Assembly: GCA_050250255.1 (NCBI GenBank)
Contig: JBFWOZ010000001.1
Span: 78,211 to 142,210 of the forward strand
Length of the DNA stretch: 64,000 nt
Direction: 5' to 3'
Source: Bdellovibrionales bacterium
GTDB taxonomy: Bacteria > Bdellovibrionota > Bdellovibrionia > Bdellovibrionales > DASUEL01
The notes below the pieces were generated by a model. The model was given only the letters and a program-made list of their open reading frames with translations, was not told the DNA's origin and made no database searches. Below, one piece after another: positions 26,510 through 36,425 of the stretch. Each line of letters begins with the position of its first letter. Position 1 is the stretch's first letter. Position numbers and translations under genes: made by a program.

Positions 26510-27016
26510 TTACTGACAAACACCAATGCTTGAATACTGAGTTTGCGACCAGTTGTGGTAAGGGTTTTGGATTTGATTAATCGGACGACAAACACCTGAT
26601 GGGCATGAGTTAGGCATAGCCGGATTGCAATTCATCAAATAACCATATTGACCTTGCTGTTGTTGACATCCTGACCATGGTTGTCGGTAGTAAGTTTGTG
26701 GTTGAGGAATTTGAACACACGCTAAGCCCCAGTTGGCATCATAGATGGGAGTTGTTCCGTAAGGACATGCGTTACAGTTGTTATATCCTTGTGAAGGAAT
26801 GTATCCTGCGTAGTAACCATTGTTCACGGGATAAGCGCTGTATCCAGCAGGGTAGCTACTCCACGAACATCCGTAGCCGCCGCTTTGGACACATTGGGAG
26901 TTTCGCTGCTGAGGAACTCCGGCGGTTTCTTTATTTTGGTCTTTGTCTTTTCCACAACCCAAGCACAACAACACGAGGGCCAGACTCCAACACAAATTCT
27001 TCATTAAATTTTTCAT
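26510..27016 (-). CDS. Cys/Tyr/Gln-rich lipoprotein
   Basis: Lipobox CLGC; 10 further Cys; AGGAG RBS. Confidence 0.78.
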   Translation of the reverse strand: MKNLMKNLCWSLALVLLCLGCGKDKDQNKETAGVPQQRNSQCVQSGGYGCSWSSYPAGYSAYPVNNGYYAGYIPSQGYNNCNACPYGTTPIYDANWGLACVQIPQPQTYYRQPWSGCQQQQGQYGYLMNCNPAMPNSCPSGVCRPINQIQNPYHNWSQTQYSSIGVCQ

Positions 27017-27289
27017 CGCTCTCTCCTACTTTTTTTCCAGCACTTTCGTCTGCGCAGACCTAGACGATTTCGTGCTGCAAATTTGATTTATCATCCAACA
27101 TCTTTGTAAAAATTACTGAACAGTGACGTTGAATGGCTCCCTACAGAACCTATGACGCACATGTCCAATAAATATGCCAACTCTTTAAAAATTAAAGTGT
27201 TTAGAAGAAGTTAACTAAGAAAAGACGGGATAGATCTTTAGTCCTAAGTCCATCGTAAAGGAGCCCTATTGTTCCGATGAAATAATTAC

Positions 27290-30200
27290 TTGCTGTACAA
27301 TAACCCTATGGTAGGAACGGACCTCAACTTTGGGAAGTTGCGTAAGCAGCATGAGGGGTTTTGGGGGATCGAAGTGTACAAAATAAGGGGCAGTTTTTTT
27401 TCTAAGCCACTACGCAAAGGATTGAAATCTTTTGTAGGGCTTTGCCTTTTAACAACTGTGGTTTCTTGCCAGCAGACTGTGAACCCTCCGGAATTCACAG
27501 GAATGAATGAAAAGTCTGATTACGAATCCTGTAAAGATGCACGTTTCAAATTAGAAGAACAAACGCCGCAGAGTTTTCGTTCGTTAATGACCTGCGTGAA
27601 TGGAGCAGGGAAAACGATCCAGCCCTACGTCGACCTTCTCGCAACATTTTCTGACGAAGAGTTGCAGGTAGTTATTACGGGTTTTGAAAAGCAGTTTAGA
27701 CCTTACCTGAACCAGTCACTTGATCTTCTCCACCGCATGACTTCACGAGGTCTTTTGCGAGATCTGGCTCTCAATGTGTCGGTACTTGCAGAAACAGGCC
27801 AATTGAAGTCTGTCGTTGAAACTTTAAGAACGGCTTACCTTCAAGGCGAAACCTATTCAGATCCGAACATGGTTCAATTACAGAAGAGCGTAGTGGAACT
27901 CATTGAGCGCGATGAATTAAAACCCGCTCTCATCGCGTTAGCGAAGCTGTACGATAGTCCACCTTCTTGGCAGGGCGCCGCCTATATGAGCCGTTCACTT
28001 CCTGACGAAAAGCTCACCTCAAAATACTTTCTAAAATGGCTTTCTGGAATTGTTCCGCAGGTGGAACAACAAAATACATTAGATACGCTTTTTCAGTTGG
28101 CATCAGATTCGGCGACCATCGAAGCGGCGGGTAGTTACTCTGAGGAAGAGATGCAAGGGATGGCCTATTTCCTACAAGTTTTGTGGGGAGAAGGTTTGGG
28201 AGAAGTGCACATCCCACAAATTCAAAAACTATTCCGTGGTTTGAATAAAGAGCTTCAGTGTTATGAAAGATCTGGAAAAAGTTTTTACTTCCAAAATGCA
28301 TTAAGCATTGATGCGCAAGAATCAGCTCGTCGTCGTGGAAACAAACAGAGTCTTGATCGCTTTTATGGAGTCGAAGTTCCTTTTATTTTCAGTTCTACTT
28401 TACGCGACTGTAACGTGCCTCCGGATATTTTACGAACTTACTCATCAGTTATAAATATGGTAGCCAAAGGGGCAAGTGTAGGGATGTCGGCCGTAAAAGT
28501 TCCTTTTACAGCACCAGGCAGAATAAACAGCTTAAGCGAATTTATTTTAAGTCCGCTGTTTGGAGACTACCAAAACATTCAGAAGATGAGCACCTTACGT
28601 CGTATCGATCTTCCGTTGTTCAAAAGTTATGTTGGCTTAAGTGACGCTGACAAAAAGTCTCTTGCACGCTTGCTGAGCTTTCTCTCTACACCAGATGTAA
28701 AGGGGGATGCGGTTATCACGTGGGCGAACACGAATCTCAATAATGATTTAGCGGCGCGAGCTAAAATTATTTTTGCCTCACTCGCAGTTCCACGAAATAC
28801 GCTCTATGACCTACTCTTAGCAACAGCGGGGAAAGATCTTGAGCTCGAATACACATTACGTTTAAAAATTGCCTCTTCTGCTTCAGTGAAATCCGTACGT
28901 CCCATCATGGATGTGGTATCTAAATTAGTTTCAAAAAATCCTGATACCGTTCGCTCCCTTGTTGAGAGTTATACCCAAATGCTCAGCAATCAAAAAGGTG
29001 GATGGGGAGCGATATTCTCCATTCTGGCAGAAAGCAGTGAGCTGGCAGAAGAAAAGCCGATTCAAAATTGGATGAAAGTCCTCCTTTCTGATGAGAAATA
29101 TTTTGAGCAGTTACGTGCGGTGCTTTTCAAGGCTTCTCAAAAACCTGAGTTCACAAAGGCAATGGAGTTCACATCGGGATTTGCGTTATCTACAGACTTT
29201 GAAGGATTTCTCAAATTCATGATGGAGATTTTCGTCTACTCCGGTGAGAAGGGTTTAGCCACTCAACCAAATCCAAACGGTTACCGCCGTCCGACAGCTC
29301 GTCAATATCAATGGGCCGATGCGCAGCCTTTAGTGAGTGCGGCACCGAGCTTTGAAATAGAAAGCTGCAAAAAAGTCACGGGCTCCATTTTTGAACGTGG
29401 TTCTACAGATTTCCTCAACGTTTTAAAGTGTGTCTCAACAGAAGCAGATGACAAAGGGCTTGGGCGTATAGCGGAAATGCTCGAACGAACGGGTCATCTT
29501 GCCGTTTTTCAAGATCTTTTCAGTCGACGAGTGTTTGGCGAACAGCAAATCCATAACTTTCTTATTGATATGGAACGATGGCAGAGTTCTGGAGATCTCA
29601 CAAAGTTCTACGAGCTTGTGGCCACCATCATCAATCCTCAGCATGGCTTAGTTCAAATATTAGATCCTGTTCTCTATAAAGTGTTATCAAATGCGGCTCC
29701 AGAAAGTTTTGAAGGTTTTGGAAAACTTCTTTTAAATCCTCAGACGACGACGGCAATGACAGGATTGTTTGATGCGATTTCTCAAGATCAGGCAAAACCT
29801 TTCTTTTCATCTCAAGACAACTTCCAGATGCCGGTAGAAAACTCTCAAGAGCTTGTGCGACAGGGGCTAGCTCGCGTACCAAATGTGGGCGAGGCAACAG
29901 TACGAAGCGAACTTCAGAAGTACATTGAGCGATCTGATGCCTATTTCTATGATCATCAGCTTTTCAAGCCTGCTTCTGAACAGGCGATGCGCGAAGACTT
30001 CTGGCGAATATTATTCCAATTGCTGCGTACAAATCCAGAGGAGAAGACGGGCGATTTAGAAGAAATTCTCTATGCTCTCAGAGATTTGGCGGAGTGGGAT
30101 AGAACAGGCCAAGTCGATGTTGCAGGCTTCATCCGATGGGGCGTGACTCAGGTAAAACCAGTACCCTATTACGTAGGTGAATCTGATCATCCAAGTGTTC

Positions 30201-31447
30201 GCTTTGTAAGCCCATTTGATCAATTGGATATCCTCGTTGCAAATGCGGACATGTCTGTTCTTGCGTGGCTTCCAATTGTCGGTGCCGACCACATGGGTAC
30301 ACACTTTCAAATTGAGGTTGCAAAGTCTCGTAATCTGAATGAGACCCTCGCCTCTTTGAGGGGAGAGCTTAAGCTCGGGATTGCGGCAAGAGGTTTAGGG
30401 TTGATCTCGCAGAAACAATTTAATCATTTAAGAAATGGGAGTGAGAGTTTTGATGTCCTCGAAGAGGCGCATAAGAGAAATTATTTAGTGATTTTACAGC
30501 GCATATATCAAGCCTTAATGAGAGCGACTCCTCCTAAGTACAAGACAAAGCAAGATCCTGTTTTGAACCACCTGTCTTTGATTCATCAACCGACACGTTG
30601 GGCGATGTTCTCCAAACTTGTGTCTGCATTTCGCAGTGTCGAAGCTCAAGGGCAATTAACTCATTACGTGAAGGCTCTTTTACAACTTGTAAGAACCATA
30701 CCACCTTCGGATAACGGCGTGGTGAGAGCTGCATTTACACGAATGTTGACTCGGGATCCTGGGCAAATATCGCAAATGGATGCGCTCATCGGCCATATTT
30801 TTGCGCTGCCGGTACAGGATGGAAGTTTCAAAAACTTCAAAGACTTTTTATACCATATGGCGTTTGCTTGGCCGCGAACGCTAGGCCGCTCTTACGGGCT
30901 TTTTGAAATCACCAAAGACGTAGATTTGCAGACAATGCTAGCTCTCTTGGAAGAGCTAAATAAGGATTTGAAAAAAGGTGCGAGCTCGGAAAGTTTTAAA
31001 ACGATAACTCAACTGGCAAATCTTGAGACCGAATCTGCGCGTGCGTTGCGTGTTGTTACAACTCAGATGATGGAGCCTCAAGCTTTTGGTAAGAGCTACT
31101 TCTACACCATGAGTTCCCCATGGCTCAATTTCTACGAAAATGATCGAGCTCAATACAATGCCTTCATGGATGCGCTTAAGGCCGTGTTGAATAGTGGCCA
31201 GCTTAACAAAAAAGAAACACTTCAGCTCGTAAAGCGATTGCTGACTCAATATAGTGTTGTTCGAGATGTCCTTGGTGGAGCTTTGTCGGATCGACAAGAT
31301 CGTGAAAATATACGTCTCGCGATTTTAGAACTCCTCAGGCAAAATGGAACGAAGGAATTGCTAGAGAGTTTCACCGTTTCTTACAAGTCTGGCGAAATTC
31401 AGGACCTACTCACTCTCATTAATAAATACCGACGCTCATCTCGTTAA
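27290..31447 (+). CDS. Very large helical hypothetical lipoprotein (true start probably downstream, near 27374-27422)
   Basis: 1385-codon ORF; lipobox VVSC (Cys at 27467); duplicated ESCK-x19-CV motif. Confidence 0.8.
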   Translation: MLYNNPMVGTDLNFGKLRKQHEGFWGIEVYKIRGSFFSKPLRKGLKSFVGLCLLTTVVSCQQTVNPPEFTGMNEKSDYESCKDARFKLEEQTPQSFRSLMTCVNGAGKTIQPYVDLLATFSDEELQVVITGFEKQFRPYLNQSLDLLHRMTSRGLLRDLALNVSVLAETGQLKSVVETLRTAYLQGETYSDPNMVQLQKSVVELIERDELKPALIALAKLYDSPPSWQGAAYMSRSLPDEKLTSKYFLKWLSGIVPQVEQQNTLDTLFQLASDSATIEAAGSYSEEEMQGMAYFLQVLWGEGLGEVHIPQIQKLFRGLNKELQCYERSGKSFYFQNALSIDAQESARRRGNKQSLDRFYGVEVPFIFSSTLRDCNVPPDILRTYSSVINMVAKGASVGMSAVKVPFTAPGRINSLSEFILSPLFGDYQNIQKMSTLRRIDLPLFKSYVGLSDADKKSLARLLSFLSTPDVKGDAVITWANTNLNNDLAARAKIIFASLAVPRNTLYDLLLATAGKDLELEYTLRLKIASSASVKSVRPIMDVVSKLVSKNPDTVRSLVESYTQMLSNQKGGWGAIFSILAESSELAEEKPIQNWMKVLLSDEKYFEQLRAVLFKASQKPEFTKAMEFTSGFALSTDFEGFLKFMMEIFVYSGEKGLATQPNPNGYRRPTARQYQWADAQPLVSAAPSFEIESCKKVTGSIFERGSTDFLNVLKCVSTEADDKGLGRIAEMLERTGHLAVFQDLFSRRVFGEQQIHNFLIDMERWQSSGDLTKFYELVATIINPQHGLVQILDPVLYKVLSNAAPESFEGFGKLLLNPQTTTAMTGLFDAISQDQAKPFFSSQDNFQMPVENSQELVRQGLARVPNVGEATVRSELQKYIERSDAYFYDHQLFKPASEQAMREDFWRILFQLLRTNPEEKTGDLEEILYALRDLAEWDRTGQVDVAGFIRWGVTQVKPVPYYVGESDHPSVRFVSPFDQLDILVANADMSVLAWLPIVGADHMGTHFQIEVAKSRNLNETLASLRGELKLGIAARGLGLISQKQFNHLRNGSESFDVLEEAHKRNYLVILQRIYQALMRATPPKYKTKQDPVLNHLSLIHQPTRWAMFSKLVSAFRSVEAQGQLTHYVKALLQLVRTIPPSDNGVVRAAFTRMLTRDPGQISQMDALIGHIFALPVQDGSFKNFKDFLYHMAFAWPRTLGRSYGLFEITKDVDLQTMLALLEELNKDLKKGASSESFKTITQLANLETESARALRVVTTQMMEPQAFGKSYFYTMSSPWLNFYENDRAQYNAFMDALKAVLNSGQLNKKETLQLVKRLLTQYSVVRDVLGGALSDRQDRENIRLAILELLRQNGTKELLESFTVSYKSGEIQDLLTLINKYRRSSR

Positions 31448-31560
31448 TCCGTTGAGCTTGATACTTCTATCGACTTAAGACTAGCGAGAAGCTCCTTCTA
31501 AAGACCTGATACAACGGGTCTTTGGCGAAGCTTTTTTTGCTTTGAGATACACTTAAAAGA

Positions 31561-32313
31561 GTGAATCCAGTTTTTGTATTGACCATTCTTTTACACATTT
31601 TCTTCGTGGCAAACGCAGAGGCCAGAGTTGCTAAGCTCAAGGATCAAACTCTTGCTACATATATTCACGGAACCTTTGGTCTTTCGTTAATAGGAAAGTC
31701 GCCTTACGAAAGAGCTGACGTCACTTTTACAAATCAAGTGGCGTACAATGCCTCAGGTGAAATCGGCGCCCTATTTACCTTATCGCGAACTAATTTTAAA
31801 TTAGGTTTAGAGGTGATTCGTCCGCAATTGATTCAAGGTGCTCAAGCCCAGGGTGCGGGTGAGGTCACGCTTTATCGTGTGACGAGCGGAATTGTTTCTT
31901 ATGGCCCCACATTAGGTTTCGATTTTCTTTTGGGTAGTTACGATAACTTTCGTTTCTATATTACTTCCTCTATTGGCTATATGAAGACCACGCTAAAGAA
32001 TGATTATGCCTTTACGGATGAGGGGCGCACTCAATACAGTTTGATAGATCACACCGAAGAGGGTTCTGCCTATAACGTTATGAGCCGCGGCGGCTTGGGG
32101 ATGGAGTTTTCATTTTCAGATAATACTTCTCTGGCAATGGATTTGGGTTATCGCTCTCTGGTGGCGACGGGTTTGGTGCATGAGCGACCGGCAGCGACCT
32201 TCAATGGAACGGTTAGCGCTGGAGATGTCATGAAGGATCCTAACGGGAATAACCGCAAGGTGGATTTGAGTGGGGCATGGATCGGTATGGGGCTTCGCTT
32301 CTATTTTCCGTAA
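31561..32313 (+). CDS. Outer membrane beta-barrel protein
   Basis: Signal peptide, amphipathic strands, C-terminal GMGLRFYFP. Confidence 0.75.
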   Translation: MNPVFVLTILLHIFFVANAEARVAKLKDQTLATYIHGTFGLSLIGKSPYERADVTFTNQVAYNASGEIGALFTLSRTNFKLGLEVIRPQLIQGAQAQGAGEVTLYRVTSGIVSYGPTLGFDFLLGSYDNFRFYITSSIGYMKTTLKNDYAFTDEGRTQYSLIDHTEEGSAYNVMSRGGLGMEFSFSDNTSLAMDLGYRSLVATGLVHERPAATFNGTVSAGDVMKDPNGNNRKVDLSGAWIGMGLRFYFP

Positions 32314-32327
32314 TATCTATTGCGATG

Positions 32328-32445
32328 GGAGAGCGGAGCTTCGGCCCCGTGTCTGAAAGCGCGGCCATCCATGGCCTCGCCGACCGGCAAGCGCACCATC
32401 CATGGGTCGGAGGCTTTCAGACACGGGGCCGAAGCTCCGCTCTCC
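32328..32445. repeat. 118-bp palindromic REP/MITE-like element
   Basis: Perfect 33-bp inverted repeats (32328-32360, 32413-32445) enclosing two CCATCCATGG motifs. Confidence 0.85.
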
Positions 32446-32561
32446 AAAGTAACATTTCTTCTTAAAATAGAAGCTTAAAGTTTAGATATACAGAAATGTG
32501 ACTTGAGTAGGTTTTGGAATTATTTGGGTGAGAACTCGGAGTGAATTCTCACCATGTTTGT

Positions 32562-34385
32562 TTAGGCTTCGGTGCCGTAGAGTTTGTCGATTGTGTCTTT
32601 GTATTTTTTGTCGCAATATTTGCGTTTTACTTTGAGGGATGGCGTGATTTCGCCCTCCTCAACTGTAAAGTCGTTAGGTAGAATTGCGAAGTTTTTGATC
32701 GATTCGTAGCTTCCTAGTTTTGAATTCACATCGGCAATAACGTCTCGAATGAGGGCCATCACTTGTTTGTTTGAAGCCAACTGAGTTTTATCCGAATAGC
32801 TGATGTTGTTGGCTTTAGCGAAGGATTCGATGTTTTCGTAATTTAACGTAATGAGAGCTACGATATATTTCTTTTGATCGCCATGGATAAGTACATTCGA
32901 AACATATTTGCTGAGCTTTAAAAGATTTTCGAGCTTTTGAGGGGCGACGTATTTTCCACCCGCTGTTTTAATTAAATCCTTTTTACGATCAGTGATGGTG
33001 AGAAAGCCTCGAGCATCCATTTCACCGATATCGCCAGTGGCAAACCAGCCATCCACAAAAACATCTTTCGTCGCTTCTTCGTTCTTGTAATAGCCCGGAG
33101 TGATTTTATCACTCTTCACGAGGATTTCCCCGTCATTGGCCAACTTGTACTTCACATCGCCAATAGGAAAACCAACCGATCCAAATTTAAACTCGGTTTC
33201 GGTATTCGCAAAGACCGCGGCGGTGGTTTCCGTGAGCCCGTAACCTTCGATAATTAGAAGATTGGCGGCATGAAAAAACTCAGCAATATCTTTTGAGAGG
33301 GGAGCGCCACCAGAAATGGCAAATCGAAGACGGCCTCCCATTTTCGCTGCCAACTTATCAAATACTAATTTTTTTGCGACTTGATATTGGAGAAGAGTAG
33401 TAAAAGGAGCCGATTTTTTCTGAATGCGATATTGGCTGACTTCTTTTCCAATTCCTAGCGCCCAATAAAATATTTTCTTTTTCGTTGGACTCGCTTCTGC
33501 CTGTGTCACCATGCTGTTGTAGATCTTTTCGAAAATGCGTGGAACAGCCACCATAAAAGTTGGTTTTACATCAATAAGGTTGGCTCTAATTCGATCAATG
33601 TTTTCAGCGTAGCCCATCGTAAAGCCCATATAGGTATGACCAAAATGCTCAACACGAGCCAGGATATGAGCAAAAGGCAAAAAGGTGAGGCTGAGATCAA
33701 CATCGGTCACTCCCACATGATTGAATACATCTTTGACTTCACTCATGATGTTTTTATGAGTGAGGATCACACCTTTTGGCTGACCTGTTGTTCCTGACGT
33801 ATAAACAATACTTGCTAAGTCATCGATTTTTAGTTTTGTAGCGTTGTGCTGAAGAAAACCTTCTTTGCCCGTGAGATATTGGGCTCCTTCTCTTTTAAGT
33901 TCCATGATGCTGATGGGATTTGATTCTTTGGATTGAATCGACTCAAAACTTACAACATGCTGAACGTTAGGACATTTGTTTTTAACGAGAAGCCAGCGTT
34001 CGAAAATTTGTCGATTTTCACAGAAGAGAATTTTTGTTTCTGAGTTATTAAGAATGAACTCAACGTCTTCCGGGATGCTGCTAGGATAAATGGGGACCGT
34101 AATGGCGCCGAGCGAGAGGACGGCCATATCTGTCATTGCCCATTCGACGCGTGTGTTCGCGTAGATGGCGACACGGTCACCGTCTTTAATTCCTTTTTGA
34201 GCAAGACCAGCGGCGATTTGTTCAATTTGATCGACGTAATCTTTCCAGGTGATCTCTGTCCATCTTTCATTCTTAACGAATTTCACGCAGGCTTTGTTGG
34301 GATGTTTTTGGCGACGCTCAATGAGTTTGTGGCAAATAGTTTCTGTCATAGATGTCATGCTTTCAAAAAAAAATTGTTTCTTCAA
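32562..34385 (-). CDS. Long-chain fatty-acid--CoA ligase (AMP-binding); start may be 34358
   Basis: YTSGTTGQPKG, EGYGLTET, GWFATGDIG, ITDRKKD. Confidence 0.92.
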   Translation of the reverse strand: MKKQFFFESMTSMTETICHKLIERRQKHPNKACVKFVKNERWTEITWKDYVDQIEQIAAGLAQKGIKDGDRVAIYANTRVEWAMTDMAVLSLGAITVPIYPSSIPEDVEFILNNSETKILFCENRQIFERWLLVKNKCPNVQHVVSFESIQSKESNPISIMELKREGAQYLTGKEGFLQHNATKLKIDDLASIVYTSGTTGQPKGVILTHKNIMSEVKDVFNHVGVTDVDLSLTFLPFAHILARVEHFGHTYMGFTMGYAENIDRIRANLIDVKPTFMVAVPRIFEKIYNSMVTQAEASPTKKKIFYWALGIGKEVSQYRIQKKSAPFTTLLQYQVAKKLVFDKLAAKMGGRLRFAISGGAPLSKDIAEFFHAANLLIIEGYGLTETTAAVFANTETEFKFGSVGFPIGDVKYKLANDGEILVKSDKITPGYYKNEEATKDVFVDGWFATGDIGEMDARGFLTITDRKKDLIKTAGGKYVAPQKLENLLKLSKYVSNVLIHGDQKKYIVALITLNYENIESFAKANNISYSDKTQLASNKQVMALIRDVIADVNSKLGSYESIKNFAILPNDFTVEEGEITPSLKVKRKYCDKKYKDTIDKLYGTEA

Positions 34386-34388
34386 GTC

Positions 34389-36353
34389 CTATTGTCTTTG
34401 AGCTGGTTGTCTTTGACCGCTTTTTAGGAAAATAGTCACTTCCTGATGGGTATTTTCTCGAAGCATTATAGACTGTTCACCGGTTGTATTGGTGAAGGAA
34501 TCAATAGCTTTAATGTTTAGTGGTGTCATGGCAGGCACAACTAACTTACTGACGGGAGAGGTGTCAGAGATTTTTTTATCGTTCAAATAGACAGGTGCGC
34601 CACCAGGTACAACCTTTATAGTGAGATAAGCCATTTTCATTTTTGCGAGAGTGAATGAGAATGTTTGTCCAGAACGGTCAGCGCGGATGGTTTGGCTTAA
34701 ATCTTGGAATCCATCTTTTCTCACGGTGACAATAACGGGAGTATTTAAAGGTACGTCGATCTGTGCGGGGGTTGTGCCCACTACCTGAGAATTCAGCACG
34801 ATTTGTGCTTCCGCAGGATAACTAACAATGGCCACCGTTACAGCATTTGCCATTGTGTTAGCGGTTGGCGGAGTAGAGGGAGTTGTGGGTTGTGGTGCCG
34901 TCGCAGGTACGCTTGGCGAAGGTTCCGTGGCGACAGGCTTCACGCTGCGAGAAGGTTCAGTTGCGGAGCCTTCACAAAAGCTCTGAAGCTTAACGCGTTC
35001 ACAGAGTACGCGTTTCATAGATGAAGGATTGCTATAGAAAAAGTAACCACCGGCGCCTAATAGAAGCAGAGTGAAGTACAAACCTGCAGAGGAAGAGGGT
35101 TTTGCCGGGTGATCATAAACTGGTTGCTGATGAGAAATCATCCCAGGCCGAGCTCGAGAATTTGAGCGCTCGGACGGGGTTTCAAGCTTTGAAAGACGAG
35201 GCCCCTTTGTATCCGTATTTTCAATGAGTTTTCCTGAGAAGGCATCGAGTTTTCCTAGCCTCTCACGTATAGCTTCCATGGATTCTGTTTCGGTATCCGT
35301 CACAGTTGCCGTATTGGAGTCTGCTCCACCTGAGCCAGACATATCAACATAAACTGTTTTGTCATCAGCCTTGTTGAAATTGATTTTTGCGTATTCAATT
35401 AACTTGCGTCGACTCTCTAAAAGCTCTTCTGCAAAAAGTTGCTTCAGGGTCAGGCTAAAATCGTTTGGAGAAAAATCAGGGAATTGTCTGTTGAGGTAGC
35501 TATTGAGATCTTTATGAAATTCCGCAGCTGATTGGTATCGCAAATTTTTATCTCGCGCGAGCGCTTTCGCAACGATTTTTTCAAGATCAACAGGAATGTT
35601 TGGATCGAGCTTGTGAAGACTGGGAACGTGGCATTCTTTAATCTTCTTAAGCGTGTTCATTTCGTTATTTGCTAAGAACAATCGATCATTCGCAAGTATT
35701 TCCCAAAGAACAATCCCAAGCGAAAAGACATCTGTACGAGCGTCGACTTCATTACCCTCTGCTTGCTCAGGGCTCATATAGCTAAATTTACCCTTAAGAG
35801 TGCCGGCGCGAGTTGATTCCGCCTGGCTTTCGGCTTTCGCGATACCGAAATCTACGATTTTGACATTTCCTTCAAAGCTCATCATGAGATTCTGTGGGCT
35901 AATATCTCGGTGAATGATGTTGAGAGGTTTTCCAGTATTGCCTTCGATACATCGATGAGCATGATCAAGTCCACGAGCCGCTTCGTTAATGACGTAAATT
36001 GCTTGGTCCACGGGAAGAGCACGATTGAGTTCTTTCAGTCGATTGAGAATTTGTCGAAGGTTTCGGCCTTCCACATATTCCATGGCTAGATAGAACTGCT
36101 CGCTTTCAATACCGAATTCAAAAATGGAGACAATGTTGCTGTGAGCAAGATTGACGGCAATTTTTGCCTCTGCCTTGAACATTTCAATAAACTCAGCGCT
36201 CTTGGAGAATTGGGGAAGGATTTTCTTAACGGCAACGATTTTGGCGACATTCTCAGCGCCAGTCATCTTTGCGAGATAGACTTCGGCCATCCCGCCGGCA
36301 GCAAGTTTATCAAGAAGGATGTATTTCCCAAAGAATTCCGGTTTACCGCTCAC
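34389..36353 (-). CDS. Membrane Ser/Thr protein kinase with C-terminal PEGA-like domains
   Basis: GGMAEVY, VAVKK, HRDISPQN, DFG, GKFSYMSPEQ; TM segment; SYPAEAQIVLN..VGTTP. Confidence 0.92.
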   Translation of the reverse strand: MSGKPEFFGKYILLDKLAAGGMAEVYLAKMTGAENVAKIVAVKKILPQFSKSAEFIEMFKAEAKIAVNLAHSNIVSIFEFGIESEQFYLAMEYVEGRNLRQILNRLKELNRALPVDQAIYVINEAARGLDHAHRCIEGNTGKPLNIIHRDISPQNLMMSFEGNVKIVDFGIAKAESQAESTRAGTLKGKFSYMSPEQAEGNEVDARTDVFSLGIVLWEILANDRLFLANNEMNTLKKIKECHVPSLHKLDPNIPVDLEKIVAKALARDKNLRYQSAAEFHKDLNSYLNRQFPDFSPNDFSLTLKQLFAEELLESRRKLIEYAKINFNKADDKTVYVDMSGSGGADSNTATVTDTETESMEAIRERLGKLDAFSGKLIENTDTKGPRLSKLETPSERSNSRARPGMISHQQPVYDHPAKPSSSAGLYFTLLLLGAGGYFFYSNPSSMKRVLCERVKLQSFCEGSATEPSRSVKPVATEPSPSVPATAPQPTTPSTPPTANTMANAVTVAIVSYPAEAQIVLNSQVVGTTPAQIDVPLNTPVIVTVRKDGFQDLSQTIRADRSGQTFSFTLAKMKMAYLTIKVVPGGAPVYLNDKKISDTSPVSKLVVPAMTPLNIKAIDSFTNTTGEQSIMLRENTHQEVTIFLKSGQRQPAQRQ

Positions 36354-36370
36354 TTGTTCTCCCCTATGAT

Positions 36371-36397
36371 TTATCGGTGAAACACTTGTAATGCTTA
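36371..36397 (-). promoter_or_regulatory. sigma28 (FliA)-type promoter of the kinase gene
   Basis: Minus strand TAAG-N15-ACCGATAA just upstream of the GGGGAG RBS and GTG 36353. Confidence 0.7.
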
Positions 36398-36425
36398 AAA
36401 AAATTGGGTGTTTAGAGATGAAACG

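Noticed and set aside
27256..27280. sigma28-like TAAA...TCCGATGA upstream of the giant lipoprotein
   Set aside because: Spacer is 13 rather than 15 nt and the -10 is imperfect
32277..32465. 62-aa ORF over the 33-bp inverted repeat, and the 72-aa ORF at 36941-37159
   Set aside because: Open frames arising from GC-rich repeat elements
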